From Eledone cirrhosa (lineage: Eukaryota), in NCBI GenBank assembly GCA_964016885.1, contig OZ024756.1:5270001-5334000 (forward strand): a stretch of DNA of 64,000 bases. The letters are read 5' to 3'. Positions 26,659-39,572 of the stretch are shown piece after piece. Within the stretch, counting starts at the first letter, position 1. Every line of letters begins with the position of its first letter. The notes below the pieces were generated by a model. It made no database searches. It saw only the letters and a program-made list of their open reading frames with translations, and was not told where the DNA came from. The position numbers and the translations under genes were made by a program.

Positions 26659-27317
26659 TTTATATTGTAATCATGTTTATACATATGTTGCATTCACATA
26701 ACGAATTCTTGCTTACTTCTACATTCGACTGTATATATTATTTTTAATAATAGTATTGTTAGCCAATGACGTTTGGGTAGTTGGATTCACTTCTCCATAC
26801 CGTATTCCATTTAACAGATAAAGCCAGAGTGTGTGTGTATAAGTATAAGTATGTGTCTATAACTGTTTGATATTTCTTCATAATACATACAGGAATCGCA
26901 AATACAATGTTATAAAAACCTTCGCTAAGTACAAATCAATACCTCCCTACGGACAATTGACGCTGCACACCAGGTCCGAACACGGAAGAGGCGAACTCCC
27001 ACTGTCATAGCCACCATCTCTCTCGCCTCCCCCCCTATCTCTCTGTATTATGAGCAAATCGGGTCCCACGTGCTGGCCGCTCCATGGCCACGGCGGACAG
27101 AATGGAGAAGGCGTTTCCCCGGGGGATGGTAAGGGAGATGCGCTAGAAGAGCCATTGCACCTCGTGAGCCTCACACCTGCGGCTAGTAAGCTCAGCGCCT
27201 ATGGAGGTAAGTAGAGGGGTAGCCCTAGGACGAAATACACCAGAAGTCTGAGGATAACAGTTGCAACTGTGAAATGTCACTCTCACAATTAGCCATCCTC
27301 ACAGTAGAAGTATAACA

Positions 27318-27492
27318 GTCTCTACTTTTGGCACAAATTACCTAGTGCATTACTGGTACTTTATTTTATCGACCTCGTAAGGATGAAAGGCAAAGTTAAC
27401 CTCGGCGGGATTTGAACTCAGAATGGTAAGGGCCGTAACTCTATGCGTCAATGCATGGCGACCGCCCCTCTACCGACACTGCCAATCCACCG
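27318..27492 (-). mobile_element. Nin-type SINE (subfamily A)
   Basis: Reverse complement of the SINE consensus. Confidence 0.8.
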
Positions 27493-27669
27493 AAGTATGA
27501 CAAACGTTTCTCACATTCTCTATAGTTTCACGTTCATAGAGTCACTCGTTGATTGGATAAGCTATAAAATTAAACGATAACGAGGTGTAAGGATGAGGGT
27601 CTAATGTTTCCTTAAATCATGTTCTACCGTTTCAAAACAAAGCAGGGTGCAATAGATAACAAATAGACA

Positions 27670-27775
27670 ACATAGTCCTTGTTCTACAAGATGGGATGGT
27701 CATGGCTGAAATGGCTGTGATCAAAGGTCGGCTTTATCGGGATTGAGCCGGGACTAAATAACAGCAACAACAACT
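27670..27775 (+). mobile_element. 3' fragment of another SINE-like repeat with a (CAA)n tail
   Basis: ggatggtcatggctgaaatg...gggactaaataacagcaacaacaac. Confidence 0.4.
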
Positions 27776-27849
27776 CAGTCATACAGCAAAAACGATAACA
27801 AAAACCAAAACAATTCTTTCCTAGAAATACAATAAAAATGTTTACATGT

Positions 27850-28050
27850 AATGATTTCTAGCATAGGCACAAGGCCAGTAATTTGGGTGAAGAGGAAAGT
27901 CGATTAAATCGACCCCAGTACGTTACTGGTACTTTATTTTATCGACCCCGTAAGGATGAAAGGCAAAGTTAACTTCGGCGGGATTTGAACTCAGACTGTA
28001 AAGGGTCGTAACTCTATGCTGAAAAGCATGGTATCCGATTCTCTACCGGT
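27850..28050 (-). mobile_element. Nin-type SINE (longer tail variant)
   Basis: Nin core plus ggggtcgatttaatcgac insert; ends ccttgtgcctatgctagaaatcatt. Confidence 0.8.
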
Positions 28051-28509
28051 CTACATATAATAATCAGTCTAAGGAATTATAGAAGTAAAATATAACATCA
28101 TCCCAAACAACATTCATATTGCAAAAACAACAGAAATAATGTACCTTACTACACTTCATACCCTACTTCATTTGCTTAACATGCCCCCTTCATCATTAGA
28201 GAGCTTTTAATAACATATATTGGTACTGCATCACTAAAGGTATACCATAATGGGGTGGGAAATGGCACCCTTCACGTGGTAAACTCTGATGTACTTTGGT
28301 CGATACATGATCGATATTCATAATTTCATCATAACTTTAGTCTATTTCCATCTTCAACAATTCATCTCAACATATATACATACAACACGAAACTAATTAC
28401 AGCTCCATATGAGATATAATTTCCTGTTTAAGACATGTCGTTATTACAACCAATGGCACAGTGTACAGCAACTGTTGAACTGAACATCAACCATCAACAT
28501 CATAACACT

Positions 28510-29030
28510 CAATTCTATGAACAAATCACAAACACTGTTACCCCTTTGAATGATGTTTGTTGAGACAACGTCTCAGCTGAGACAAGCAGAATCTCAGAAT
28601 TGATCGACATCAATGTAAACGACATAGATACGTCAATGTATACAGTCAACAAAACAATTATAGAAGCTTCTAAAAATATATTCCACAAGGTAGTCATAAA
28701 TATATAATCCTAATTAAACAGCAGAAATAGCAAACAAGATAAGAAAAAAAAAAGACAAGAACTGTAAAGTTTAAGAATTGCATTCAAAATAGAAATAAGA
28801 CTCAGTGTCAAGCGACTAAACAAAGATTTAATGAACATATTCCCTAAACACAGTTGCACAACTACTACGAATCTACACCAATTATCTAAAAAACCTGTCC
28901 CCCAAAATAGATTAAAATTAGCACGTAAGAAATTCAGCATTTTTTTTTTCAACAACGCCATAATTTTTATCAAGAGCATCAAATACAACCTACAGACATC
29001 AAGATTCCGTATAAGCAGGACATACATACA
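28510..29030 (+). pseudogene. Possible decayed LINE (RTE-like) APE-RT linker remnant
   Basis: A-rich, broken reading TIIEASKNIF...KRLNKDL resembles LINE linker helices; weak. Confidence 0.25.
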
Positions 29031-29039
29031 CTAAGGGTC

Positions 29040-29185
29040 GTCTAGAGCAGAGGTCGACTAAATCGACCCCAGTGTTTCACTGGTACTTTATATTATTGGT
29101 CCTCGGAGGAATGAATTGCAAAGTTATCTTCGGTGGAACTTAAACACAGAACGTTAAGTTCCGAAACCAATACCGAAAGGCATAT
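29040..29185 (-). mobile_element. Old Nin-type SINE fragment
   Basis: gtcgactaaatcgaccccagtg...ctggtactt. Confidence 0.6.
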
Positions 29186-29419
29186 GTGTGATGTTCTAAC
29201 CCAGAGCTTCGCAAAACGTGGGCTCCCCACCCCAGGGGACGTGGAGAAGATCCACGGAAGGTCCAGTGAGGGCGGCAGGATGATATAATAGTATAATAAA
29301 TATCAAATGATACATCGTCAGTCGATCAACTTTCGTCAAATCGGACCGAGGAAACAATGTTTCCATTGGTCTTTCCAATTGCTAATACTATCTATTGGTC
29401 GCAACTCCAGGTAGAAGGA

Positions 29420-29522
29420 GCAACTTGCTCAATGACATAACGCATCGCCCGATGCAGGAATCAAACTCACAACCTCACGATTGCGAATCCAATTCTCTAA
29501 CCACTCAGCCACAGGCCTTCAC
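29420..29522 (-). mobile_element. tRNA-derived SINE head (CORE-like)
   Basis: gtggctgagtggttag...gagtttgattcc...ttgagcaagtt on the minus strand. Confidence 0.55.
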
Positions 29523-29616
29523 TAAATAATATATATTATATGTAAATATAGTAAAATATAAAATATATAATATTTATTTATACATAGTATATATTATATA
29601 ATCTCCTTATAATATA

Positions 29617-30401
29617 CTAGCAGTAAAGCCCGGCGTTGCTCGGGGTCGCTCAGTAGGTGTGTTAAAGTTACAATGTTAAGTTTCTTTTTTGGCTTAAAAA
29701 CTGTAGTGTCTACTGTGCAGACTTGCATGTGGTGTTTTTGATTAATATTCCCTCAACCAACAATATGCCTTATGAAGTTAAGAAAACATAACGATAACCC
29801 GAATGTTATAACAAAAGAGGATGCTGGGGATAAAAACTGCACTGGTTATTTATTAACAAAGATCGAAAATGTAAACACTGCAACGCAGAGAAAAACATTA
29901 GCGTAACCAAATTATCAGTTATGTGTGTCTGCACGCCTATATCACCTCTCTGCACGACTGTCTGTCTGCACGCCTGAAATATTTGCTTGTTTTACGTAGT
30001 CTTTAAATAGACTTGTTTTCAAGTAAAAATATTGTTTTAAAATGCTTTTAAATGGAAATGAAGCAAAACGGAAGCTTAGTGTTCGAACTGATGAATTTTG
30101 CAGGTCAATATTTTGCTGGCTCGAACGCTGAGAAAGCCAGCGTAATTTTTTACGTAAGACGCTCAATGTAAACAGAACAAAGGGAAATAACTGATAACTT
30201 ACGCTCAAAAATCGATACATTATATTCGATTTCGTCACATAGGGTGGGTCAATTTGAAATATTTTTTTTCCGATGTCTTCGCTAGGGCTCAATGTACAAG
30301 TATAGCAATTTCGGTGCAATTCCGTGAGAGATTCTAAGAGGAGATGTGTGCCAAAAATCGATAGACAGACAGACAACCACAGTTTTATATATATAGATAG
30401 A
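29617..30401 (-). mobile_element. Non-autonomous Helitron
   Basis: 5' TCTATCTATATATATAAAA with (CTGT)n; 3' hairpin cccgagcaacgccggg followed by CTAG|T. Confidence 0.75.
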
Positions 30402-30404
30402 TAA

Positions 30405-30898
30405 CCAGCAATTTCGCTGTCTGTCTGTCCGACAGTGGAAACACGTGCGCACGTGCGAATGTTTTTTGCGCACGCGTAGAGAGAGAATGAGAGTGAAAGA
30501 AAGAGACAGACTACGAGAGGGGGATAGCCGGAGGGAGAGAGGGAGAGAGAGAGAGTGAATAGACGCTAAAACACGTGCGCGCGTGCGAATGTTTTTTGCG
30601 CACGCGTAGAGAGAGAGAGTGAGAGTGAAAGAAAGAGACAGACTACAAGAGGGGTATAGCGGGAGAGAGAGAGGGGGGAATTGAGGAGTGCTACAGAAAC
30701 ATATATACATTTCTGTGTGTGTGTAATATATATATATATACACACACAGAAATATATATATATACACACAGAAATATATATACATTTTTGTGTGTATAAT
30801 ATATATATATATACACACAGAAATATATATACATTTCTGTGTGTGTAATATATATATATATATACACACACAGAAATATATATACATTTCTGTGTGTG

Positions 30899-30937
<39 letters not shown>

Positions 30938-31701
30938 GAAATATATATATATTTCCGTGTGTGTATATATATATATTACACACACAGAAATGTATATATA
31001 TACACACAGAAATATATATATATTTCCGTGTGTGTATATATATATATTACACACACAGAAATGTATATATATACACACAGAAATATATATACATCCCTTA
31101 GCTACTGTACTGTATCTGTTGCTATCTCTCTCTCTCTCTCTCCAGCTATCCCTCTCTTTTAGTCTGTCTGTTTCTCTCACTCTCACTCTTTCTCTTTGTA
31201 ACACACTAACATTCCTCCCCTCTATCGCTGTGACGAATGGGGAGATGGAGGAGGAGGAGGAGAGAGTCACTTCGTCACTTCACCTCTGCCTTTCTTTCTC
31301 TCCCCTCTACCTCCCTCATTACGTACAGACATTAGGGCGGTGGATTGGCAGAATCTGTAGAGTGTCGGACACCATGCTTCATAGCATGGAGTTACGTCCC
31401 TTTACGGTCTGAGTTCAAATACCGCCGAGGTTAACTTTGCCTTTCATCCTCCCGGGGTCGATAAAATAAAGTACCAGTAATGTACTGGGTGATTGCTGGC
31501 CTTGTGCCAAAAGTAGAAACAATTATTAGAAACATTGCTTCATGTTTACCTACCGTTTTCAAACTTTACACATGTGATACTTATGTTTCAGGGAGTGTTC
31601 TGAGCAAAATAAATTTCAAAGTTTCAATGCCCTAAGGACCGCATTAGGTGATTTAGCGATCTCTCTCTATAATTCTTAGTCTTTCTCTTTTTAGATAGAT
31701 A
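30405..31701 (-). mobile_element. Non-autonomous Helitron containing a minisatellite and a SINE
   Basis: 5' TCTATCTAAAAAG; 3' ...cagacagcgaaattg CTGG|T (CTRR); internal tandem duplication 30440..30660 and acacacagaaatatat minisatellite. Confidence 0.6.
31334..31528 (+). mobile_element. Nin-type SINE inserted in a Helitron
   Basis: Full SINE consensus with (ATT) tail. Confidence 0.85.
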
Positions 31702-32042
31702 CATACATATAACGTCGCTCCCTTATAATATCTGTCTGTATGTCTGGCTGTCTGCATTACGTCACTTCCCACAATTCCCTCTGCGTCCAGAACGACGAAA
31801 TTTCAAGGCATGTTATGCACTTAAAAAAATTCATTTTCTTGATCCTTTAGGGCCCGCATTAGGTGAAAACCTGCATTTTTCCTGCTTCATCGAGGAAAAT
31901 CTTAAAGATTATCCAGCCATCAGAGTATTCGGTTTATTTTCTTTACATATTGTCCAGGCGTGCAGTTTTTCCACGCTTAGATCTGTTGGCGACCCGCGTT
32001 CCAAAATACCTTATCCCGTGCAGCGCCGGGTACCACTGCTAG
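31702..32042 (+). mobile_element. Non-autonomous Helitron body and 3' end (5' end probably at 29602)
   Basis: 3' hairpin cccgtgcagcgccggg + taccactg CTAG|T; (CTGT)n near the start; TCTCCTTATAATA at 29602. Confidence 0.65.
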
Positions 32043-32250
32043 TTTATTATATATTGTTTACAATTTGTGTGTAGCTAGGTTTCTCTGGAAACAAGGTTGG
32101 GGGAAGGAGGGTATTGCGTGGCCGTGGGGTTGGGGTGGGGCCAAAATGTGAGAGCCTCTGATCTAATGATTATTGTCACTTCACCCTAAACTTTATTTTA
32201 AAAAATAGGGGCAGTAAAAAAAATAACAACCTGCTTAATCTTGTCACGCT

Positions 32251-32625
32251 GGATGATAATAATGGCGATGATGGTGATGATGATGGTGGGGATGATGGTG
32301 GGGATGATGTAGATGGTGATGATGATGATGGTGGGGATGATGATGATGATGATGGGAATGATAACGACGATGATAACGATAATGATGATGGTGATGAAGA
32401 TGATGATGATGATGATGATAACGGCGATGGTGATGGGGATGATGACGATTGTGGTTATGACGATGATGTTGATGATGCTGATAGTGGTGGTGTTGCTGCT
32501 GGGGATGATGAAGATGCTGGGGATGACGATGATGGTGATGAGAATGATGATGATGATGATGATGATGATGATGTTGATGATGGTGATCGTAATGAGAATG
32601 ATGATGATGATCATGATGGTGGTGG

Positions 32626-32656
<31 letters not shown>

Positions 32657-32720
32657 GATATTGATGATGATCATGATGATGATCATGATGATGATGATAA
32701 TTATACTGAGGAGGATGAAA
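32251..32720. repeat. Degenerate (GAT/GGT)n trinucleotide repeat
   Basis: Direct inspection. Confidence 0.95.
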
Positions 32721-34593
32721 TAATTCATGTACAGCTCTATAATCTGATTCATTAATAATGCAAATGATGCTGTTGCACAACGTTGCAAGTTGGCTGATGC
32801 ACACGAATGCATACAATTAAATAGTGAAGCATTAAATATTTTCTAAACGTTACTTATATATATTCCGATGCCAAGATATGTAGGAAGAAACTAAGATTTT
32901 GAACACGTAATGTGTGTGGTGTGATATGCAACTACACTTTATATGTAGTGTATATACGCCATTTTGACTTACAGGAAGTATGTTGGAATATTTAAATGAA
33001 TAACAGAATAAAGAAAATCAGATAATGAAAAATAATATACTGCTAAGTGATTTTGATACACGTATTTGTTGAATGATATGGCACTAATCTAAACATTGCA
33101 GTAATCGCAAAAACAATCTTTCTTTACTAACAACGTTAAAACGATCTTAAGTTCACTTTCACTGTTTATGTGTTTCAAGATAAAAAGCTTGCTGTCTTCC
33201 TCTAAAATACGGTAAACATTATTTTATTTAGAACAATGATATTAGTGTATTTGTACAAGATGAAGATAGACCTGATTGAAATTCTATCAACTTTGAGGTG
33301 TGAACACTAATATTGCAGAATTGATAGAAACTTACTAGCGACTATTATCAGAAACTAAAATACCACAGAGTCTAGGAATGTAAATCCAGTGACAAACTAG
33401 ATACATAATGAAATAATGGGAAATTGTGAGTGGATTTTATTATATTCTCACTCTGTAATTCCTATAAAACTGTATCGTCGGTAGTATGATATTTTATTAT
33501 AACCCACCACCACCCTCTGCTAAAAAAACTACAACAAAACATTAAGAAACAAAAACTTGTTGGACAGATACGCTGGGAATATATTTTGTTGGAGCTATCA
33601 AGAGTCGCCGGTTTATTGCTTAGTCTAAAGAAGAGATATGATGTCAATAAAGATATTTTTTGCTTTAGTTTTGTTTAGACTATCCAACAAAAGAGTGAAT
33701 TGATAACTGGATAAAGTTTATGCAGTTAATGTTCAGTATGAATAGTTAGAGTTTAGTATTTCAGAATAAAATATGGGAAGGAATTTTAGGAATGTTGTTC
33801 TTCGGAAGAAGGGTTAGATAAAGTGCTTAGTAGAGAGAAATTAAATTAAGAAAATACAAACGGGGGGATTGAAATAAAAAGATGTAACACGACAATTAAA
33901 ATGGAAGTGATGCAATGGAGATGTTGGCTGAGTTACAAAAGATGAGGCAACTTCACAAGGTTATGTACAGATATTATTAAGCTGGAGTTTGAACTCTAAA
34001 CGTAGAAAGTTGTAACTAGATACTGTAAATCTTAACTAAATAACGAGGCTCTTCTGATATTGCCGAATTAACGTCCTTAACTGTATCGAAAATATTAACT
34101 TGAATATTCAACTAGAATATATATATATTCAACTACAATATATATATAGAGTCGTAGTTTGAAATCTTAGAACGTATCCGAGGTGACATTGAAGTTAAAC
34201 ATTCCCCAAAATATACGTAAATGAAAGCTTTATAGGTAGATTACATGAAACATAACATATCTGTGTGTGAAATTTCCTCGTTGCACACCATTAATCCCAT
34301 CAGTCATTCTTTCAACGGATGTCGAGTGAGGTGACAGACATTTGAAGCTTGATACAGAAGAGCTTGCAGCATGTCAAGTATCTAAGTCCAGTAAGTGGAA
34401 GTGTTTCAAGTTAGGAACAGAAGTAACATAGGTATATTAATTATGCTACATAAGGTGTAGCCTATATACGGCACATTTCCGAAGTGGGTGACTAAGCACG
34501 CACGTATTTGGCTCAAGCGGAAATATTTTCCCCGCTTTCATTCTTTTCTTACACTTTTCTATATTTCTATTTCCTCTTCTACCTCTCATTATA

Positions 34594-34629
34594 ACTTCCG
34601 ATGAAGGACTACTCTCCGAAACGTTAAAC
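34594..34629 (+). ncRNA. Degenerate hammerhead motif (CCGATGA core)
   Basis: actt CCGATGA a gga ctactc tcc GAAA cg TT aaac; stem I weak. Confidence 0.4.
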
Positions 34630-34760
34630 CTCTTTTCCTACTATATCAAGAGTTAAACTAATATATATCATCATTGTACTGTATTTTACTGTATTGTATA
34701 GTACTGTACTGCATTGTTCTCTCATGTTTATTTTCATTGTTTACTTTTCTCACACATACA

Positions 34761-34928
34761 CCGTATTTCCCGGCGTCGAAGACACTAATTTTATCCTAAA
34801 ATAAGTCTTAAAAATCTACCATGCGTCCTGGAGGCGGAAGGTTGTTTATTATTCTTTTCGAAATTTTTGGTTGTCAAAGTTAGGGTGCATCCCCGAGGAC
34901 GAAGCGTCTTCGGCGCCGGGAAATGCGG
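34761..34928. mobile_element. pogo/Tc2-like MITE
   Basis: Terminal inverted repeats CCGTATTTCCCGGCGTCGAAGAC / GTCTTCGGCGCCGGGAAATGCGG. Confidence 0.7.
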
Positions 34929-34939
34929 CATATGTATAT

Positions 34940-35161
34940 ATTGGTTTCTGAGTTAGGCACAAGGCCAACAATTTGGAGGAGGGGAAAGTCGACCAAACCG
35001 AGCCCAGTGCATTACGGGTACTGTATTTTATAGACCCCATAGAGATTTAAGGCAAAGCTAACCTCGGCAGGATTTGAAATCAGATCTTAAAGAGGCGTAA
35101 CCCTATGTTATATAGCATGCTCCCCCTCCGACACTCTACCGATACTGCAATCCACCACCCC
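34940..35161 (-). mobile_element. Nin-type SINE (diverged)
   Basis: Reverse complement of the SINE consensus. Confidence 0.75.
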
Positions 35162-35169
35162 TGTGTATG

Positions 35170-35200
<31 letters not shown>

Positions 35201-35207
35201 GTATATA

Positions 35208-35256
<49 letters not shown>

Positions 35257-35355
35257 GTAGGAGGTGAGTTTTATTGTAGTACAATAAAGCAATGCAGATA
35301 TCGGATAAGAAGCACTCTACAGTTTGTAGGACTGGAGTATATATAATATATAAGA

Positions 35356-35618
35356 TCAAAAGATGGTTAAAAGAGTTCCATGTGTTTTATTATGCGCATT
35401 TCAAAAACAAATATCATCATGCAATAACATTTGTGTTTTCATCAGATAAAATAGGAAGACATGATATGAAGGTTAAAAAACACTTGTGAATAGTGCAGTT
35501 TAAAATCAACATATGTTGATTTTAAACTGCACTATTCACAAGTGTTTTTTAACCTTCATATATTTGTTTTTGAAATGCGCATAATAAAATACATGGAACT
35601 CTTTTAACCATCTTTTGA
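35356..35618. repeat. Head-to-head palindrome of a PLE pLTR
   Basis: Spacer-less 98-bp palindrome 35464..35561 plus outer arms. Confidence 0.85.
35385..35451 (-). ncRNA. Type I hammerhead ribozyme
   Basis: ttttat CTGATGA aaacacaaatgtta...tgatatttgttttt GAAA tgcgca TA ataaaa. Confidence 0.75.
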
Positions 35619-35619
35619 A

Positions 35620-35667
<48 letters not shown>

Positions 35668-35816
35668 GTTGTATATATGTGTAAATATATACTTACTATA
35701 AGTGTATGCCTTAATGTATGTGTGTTATTTGAATATATAACAACAATTAATAACGATGTTTTAAACATGGAAAATGTGAGGGATATTGTATATTTCCTGA
35801 AGAAGACAGAAGGATA

Positions 35817-35862
<46 letters not shown>

Positions 35863-36106
35863 TTTTCTTTATTAACCACAAGGGTTTACATAAAGTAGAC
35901 ATTAAGGACAGTACAGGACAATACAGGACGGTACAAATGGGCATTTCTGCGTATAAAAAAAAACAGAGGATGAAATAAAATAACAAAGAAAAATTCCCCA
36001 ATAGGGGGGAGACTTCCGAGGGACATTTGTGGAGAAAGCCCATTAAAAGACCACAGTGGCCCTGACCACCAGGGCAAGTGCCCTCTCCCAGTTTTCCACC
36101 TTTAAT

Positions 36107-39100
36107 TTACAGACACATACTCAGAGAAGGCCCATTCATTCGGGCCATACTTGCTTCTCTCACCCATCTTTCAACAAAATGCTGGGAAGAGAGCACTTCC
36201 CTCTCTACCCTGACTTTCCTTTTCAGATGAAATTTGAAAAAGTTAATCAGGGCATCACCAAAGAGGTAAGTGCTCGTCTTCAACCCTTTCAAACGTGTCC
36301 ACCATACTATCTCTTTCGCCATGGCCACCAGACAGATAAAAACTGCCTGCCCTTCCCGGCTAAAGGAAGAGGGCGGGGCAATCCTCACGATGGACTCAGC
36401 TGATAGCTGGATCCGTCCTACACGTGACAGCAGGTATTCGACATAAACCCACAAGTCAGCAATGCTCGGACACTGGACGAGTGCGTGCAGGACGGTTTCG
36501 TCGCCCTGTGCGCATCTCGGACATGCCCGGCTGACGGCACCTCCATGCCTGTAAAGTTTATCCCGAACTGGCAAAGCACCCCGGTAGCACTGCCAGGCCA
36601 GAGATTTCTGGAAGTTGTCCATAGGCCCCGGCCCGAAAGTCCTTCCGAAGAGATTGGCTAGTTGATTTTCGTCGACGCCTAGAGTTTCTCCAAGTACGTC
36701 GTCGCTCTTCCCCTCCACTAATCCCCTATAGAACGCCAAGGTGGAGTTTCCACCGATCACATTGCCCGATTGGTCGAGGGCTGTGAGCGCCTGAAGACAT
36801 TCCAGTCTCCAAGCGCTCCCTCTCGGTCTTCGCTTGACCCAGGACTGCAGCTCCATCAAGGAGACGAGCTGGGGAAAAACGTGTCTAGCAAACGGCGACC
36901 ACACCTGATCACCGTCGAGGAAGAGGTGGAGATGTCGTAGCCTGAGCGCGTGTCTGCGCATCATCATCCACGGCATGCCCAGCCCTCCACGTAGCGGGTG
37001 TTGACAGCAGATGGACCGCCTGACCATCGGAGCGCGTCCCTTCCAAAAGAAGCGAAAGAGCAAACGCTCCAGCGCAGTCAGGCGGGGCTTAGGACAAGGT
37101 ACGACGGTCAGGCGGTATGTGATGACGGACGCGATGTACGCGTTAGCCACCTCCGCTCGACCTTTCAGGGATAGCTTCCTCTCGGCCCATTTCTGGGTGA
37201 AAGAAGCCACCCTGCTCGTCACCTCGTCCCAGTTTTTGTCCGTCTGGAGGTCTGGACCGAACCAGACCCCTAGCAATTTAACCGGTCCGTCCGTCTAGAG
37301 CCCGACGACGCTGTTGGACGGCATGGACCTGCCTCTCCAGGTGCCGAGCTGCAGGCCCACTGACTTTTCCTGGTTGATCATTGCTCCTGTCACCGCTTCG
37401 TATTCTCCTAGTGTAGTGCCGATCGCCTCGATGTGTTTGGCGTTCGACACCACTACGGTGACATCGTCGGCATATGCTGACACGGATCTTCCGCATCCTA
37501 GTTCGCGCGGGACCCCCCTCAACGTCTCCAGTTTGTGCAGTAATGGCTTGAGAGTCAATACGTACAATAGGGACGAGAGGGGACATCCTTGGCGGACCGA
37601 GCGCATGATGTTGAACGGTTCCGAAAGGTGACCGTTCACTCTCACTACAGAGCAGATGTCGCTGTGCATGGCAGCGATCCAGCCTCTGAAGACGGGCCCA
37701 AAGCCAGCCGCCCTCAGGACTGCCGCTAGGTAACGATGGTTGACCCTATCGAAGGCTTTCGACTGATCTAAATTGATCAAAGACCCACCCGTGCCAGGTT
37801 CCCTAGCTACCCTCTCTACGATGTATCGCATGAGGTGGAGGTTGTCGTGAATGGATCTGTCGGGAATGGCGCATGTCTATGCCTCTCCCACCAGACCATC
37901 AACGACAAGCGCCAACCTCTTTGCTAGCACCTTGGCCAAAATCTTGAACTCTGTGTTTAGCAGAGTTATGGGCCTAAAATTATCTATGTTATCACCCTTG
38001 TTCGGATCCTTTCTCAGCAGCGCCACCGCTCCTCGGCTCACAGAGCTGGGAATTCTCCCGTTCTGTTGCCAGTTGCAGTAGACGTCCGCCAAGAGGCCTC
38101 CGAACAAGTTTGGCATTTGTACGTAAAGTTCATAGGGCAGACCATCTAAACCAGGCGATTTACCCCTTGTGCAACTCGTCATTGCATCCCGTACTTCAGC
38201 GGTTGTTATCGGCTTTTCGCAACACTCCGTCTCAGTGGCCGAAAGCCGCGGCAGTCCGTCGAGGTAGACACTAAAGTCCATCCCTCGATCCGGCCCGCCA
38301 CTGCCCCCGAACAGTTGAGCGAAGTGTCGCTGAAAAGCTTCACACATTTGCCCGGGATCGAATAGCATGCGCCCGTCGTGGTCCACCAAAGACCGGATCG
38401 TGGCTTTGTTGCCACGACGCGCCTCCGCCACTCGGGCCCATTGAACGGCTTTCGTCCCCTCGTGTCTGAGAGCACGCACCCTAGCTCTGACAACGCAGCC
38501 TTCGTGCTTTGCATTGAAGAATTGGTCAAGGGCCAATTTCGCCGCAAGTACGTCGGTCGCGATGCCTTTGCTAAGCGCCTCATCTAATTTTCTAACTAAT
38601 TCTCCCTCTGCTCTATTTTTCTCTATTGCTAAAGTCTTACTAAACCTAATGGACTCTATTCTAATTGCTCTTTTCAGAGCAAACCACCACTTGTTGTTGA
38701 CGATGGCCCCCGTCAACGCCCGCTTAACTAGTTCGCTAATCCGGTCTCTGTAGGCCTTGCGCGCTGGTAAGGATGCGTTTAGCTTCCAGTAGCCGGGTCC
38801 TCGTCTATGAAGCCTATCTAAGTCAAGCACACAGATCACGAATTTGTGGTCCGTGTAGCTGACTATCTTGAATTGTGGACAGCCTATGCTAGACCTATCT
38901 ATTTCCCTACAAAATACCCTATCTAGATATGATCTGGATGACCCTATGCGATTTGTCCAAGTCCACATTGGTACATTCGGGAAATCCATTCAGTACCTGT
39001 CAGACAGGTCAAAACGTCTGAGCAGGTTGGTGAGACTCTTGCACCCTCCTTCCCTATCCACTAATCCCACACAATCCCAGCGTGCATCTAAGATCCCGTT

Positions 39101-39526
39101 CCAGTCGCCCACTAACATTAAAGAGCGGGACGTTCCAAGAAAGGTCTCCAGACGCCGGAAGAAATCAGGCCGCCCTGCTCCTGTCGGGGCATAGACGGCC
39201 AGTAACCTGAAAGCTTGGCCGTCTCCGCTGGTCACGTCCAGCACCACCAACTTACCTTCTGGGTCCTGGAAGATGGCCCGTATGGCAAGATCCAAACCTC
39301 TCCGAAAAAGCACAGCAACTCCTCCCTCCGATCCCGGACGGCTGGGAGATGCGTACACATCGTAGCCGCCGAAGATCGGTGCGAAAGCCTGTGCTTCGGA
39401 GATTCTGGTCTCGCTGATGGCCACTACATCTATGTTTAGTGACCTGAGGTCGTTGAGCAGGTGGCCCTGCTTCCATGACGACCCCAAGCCACGCGCATTT
39501 ATGCTGCCTATTCTGAGTGAGGTCAT
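36107..39526 (-). pseudogene. Tx1 ORF2 (APE + RT + C-terminal Cys/His domain); one frame with three premature stops
   Basis: SINARG, ISET, GDWN, YLDRV, TDHK, WKLN, KSPGLDG, FRPITLLN, DQSKAFDRV, RQGCPLS, YADD, CPRC...HALVQC; stops at 38990, 37877 and 37295. Confidence 0.92.
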
Positions 39527-39572
39527 GTTGAAAAGGAGTGGAAAAGATGGAAAAGACCACTTACCTTACTTC

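Noticed and set aside
29200-29280. hAT-like terminal sequence
   Set aside because: Only one degenerate end, with no partner TIR or 8-bp TSD found
32198-32816. Poly-His, poly-Ile and poly-Met ORFs
   Set aside because: Frames of a degenerate (GAT)n repeat with no flanking coding signal
32720-34480. Possible exons in unique AT-rich sequence
   Set aside because: Scattered splice-like signals but no open, phase-consistent reading frames
35795-35816. CTGAAGA possible additional hammerhead
   Set aside because: No matching GAAA or stems; the sequence is cut by (TAA)n and the Tx1 insertion
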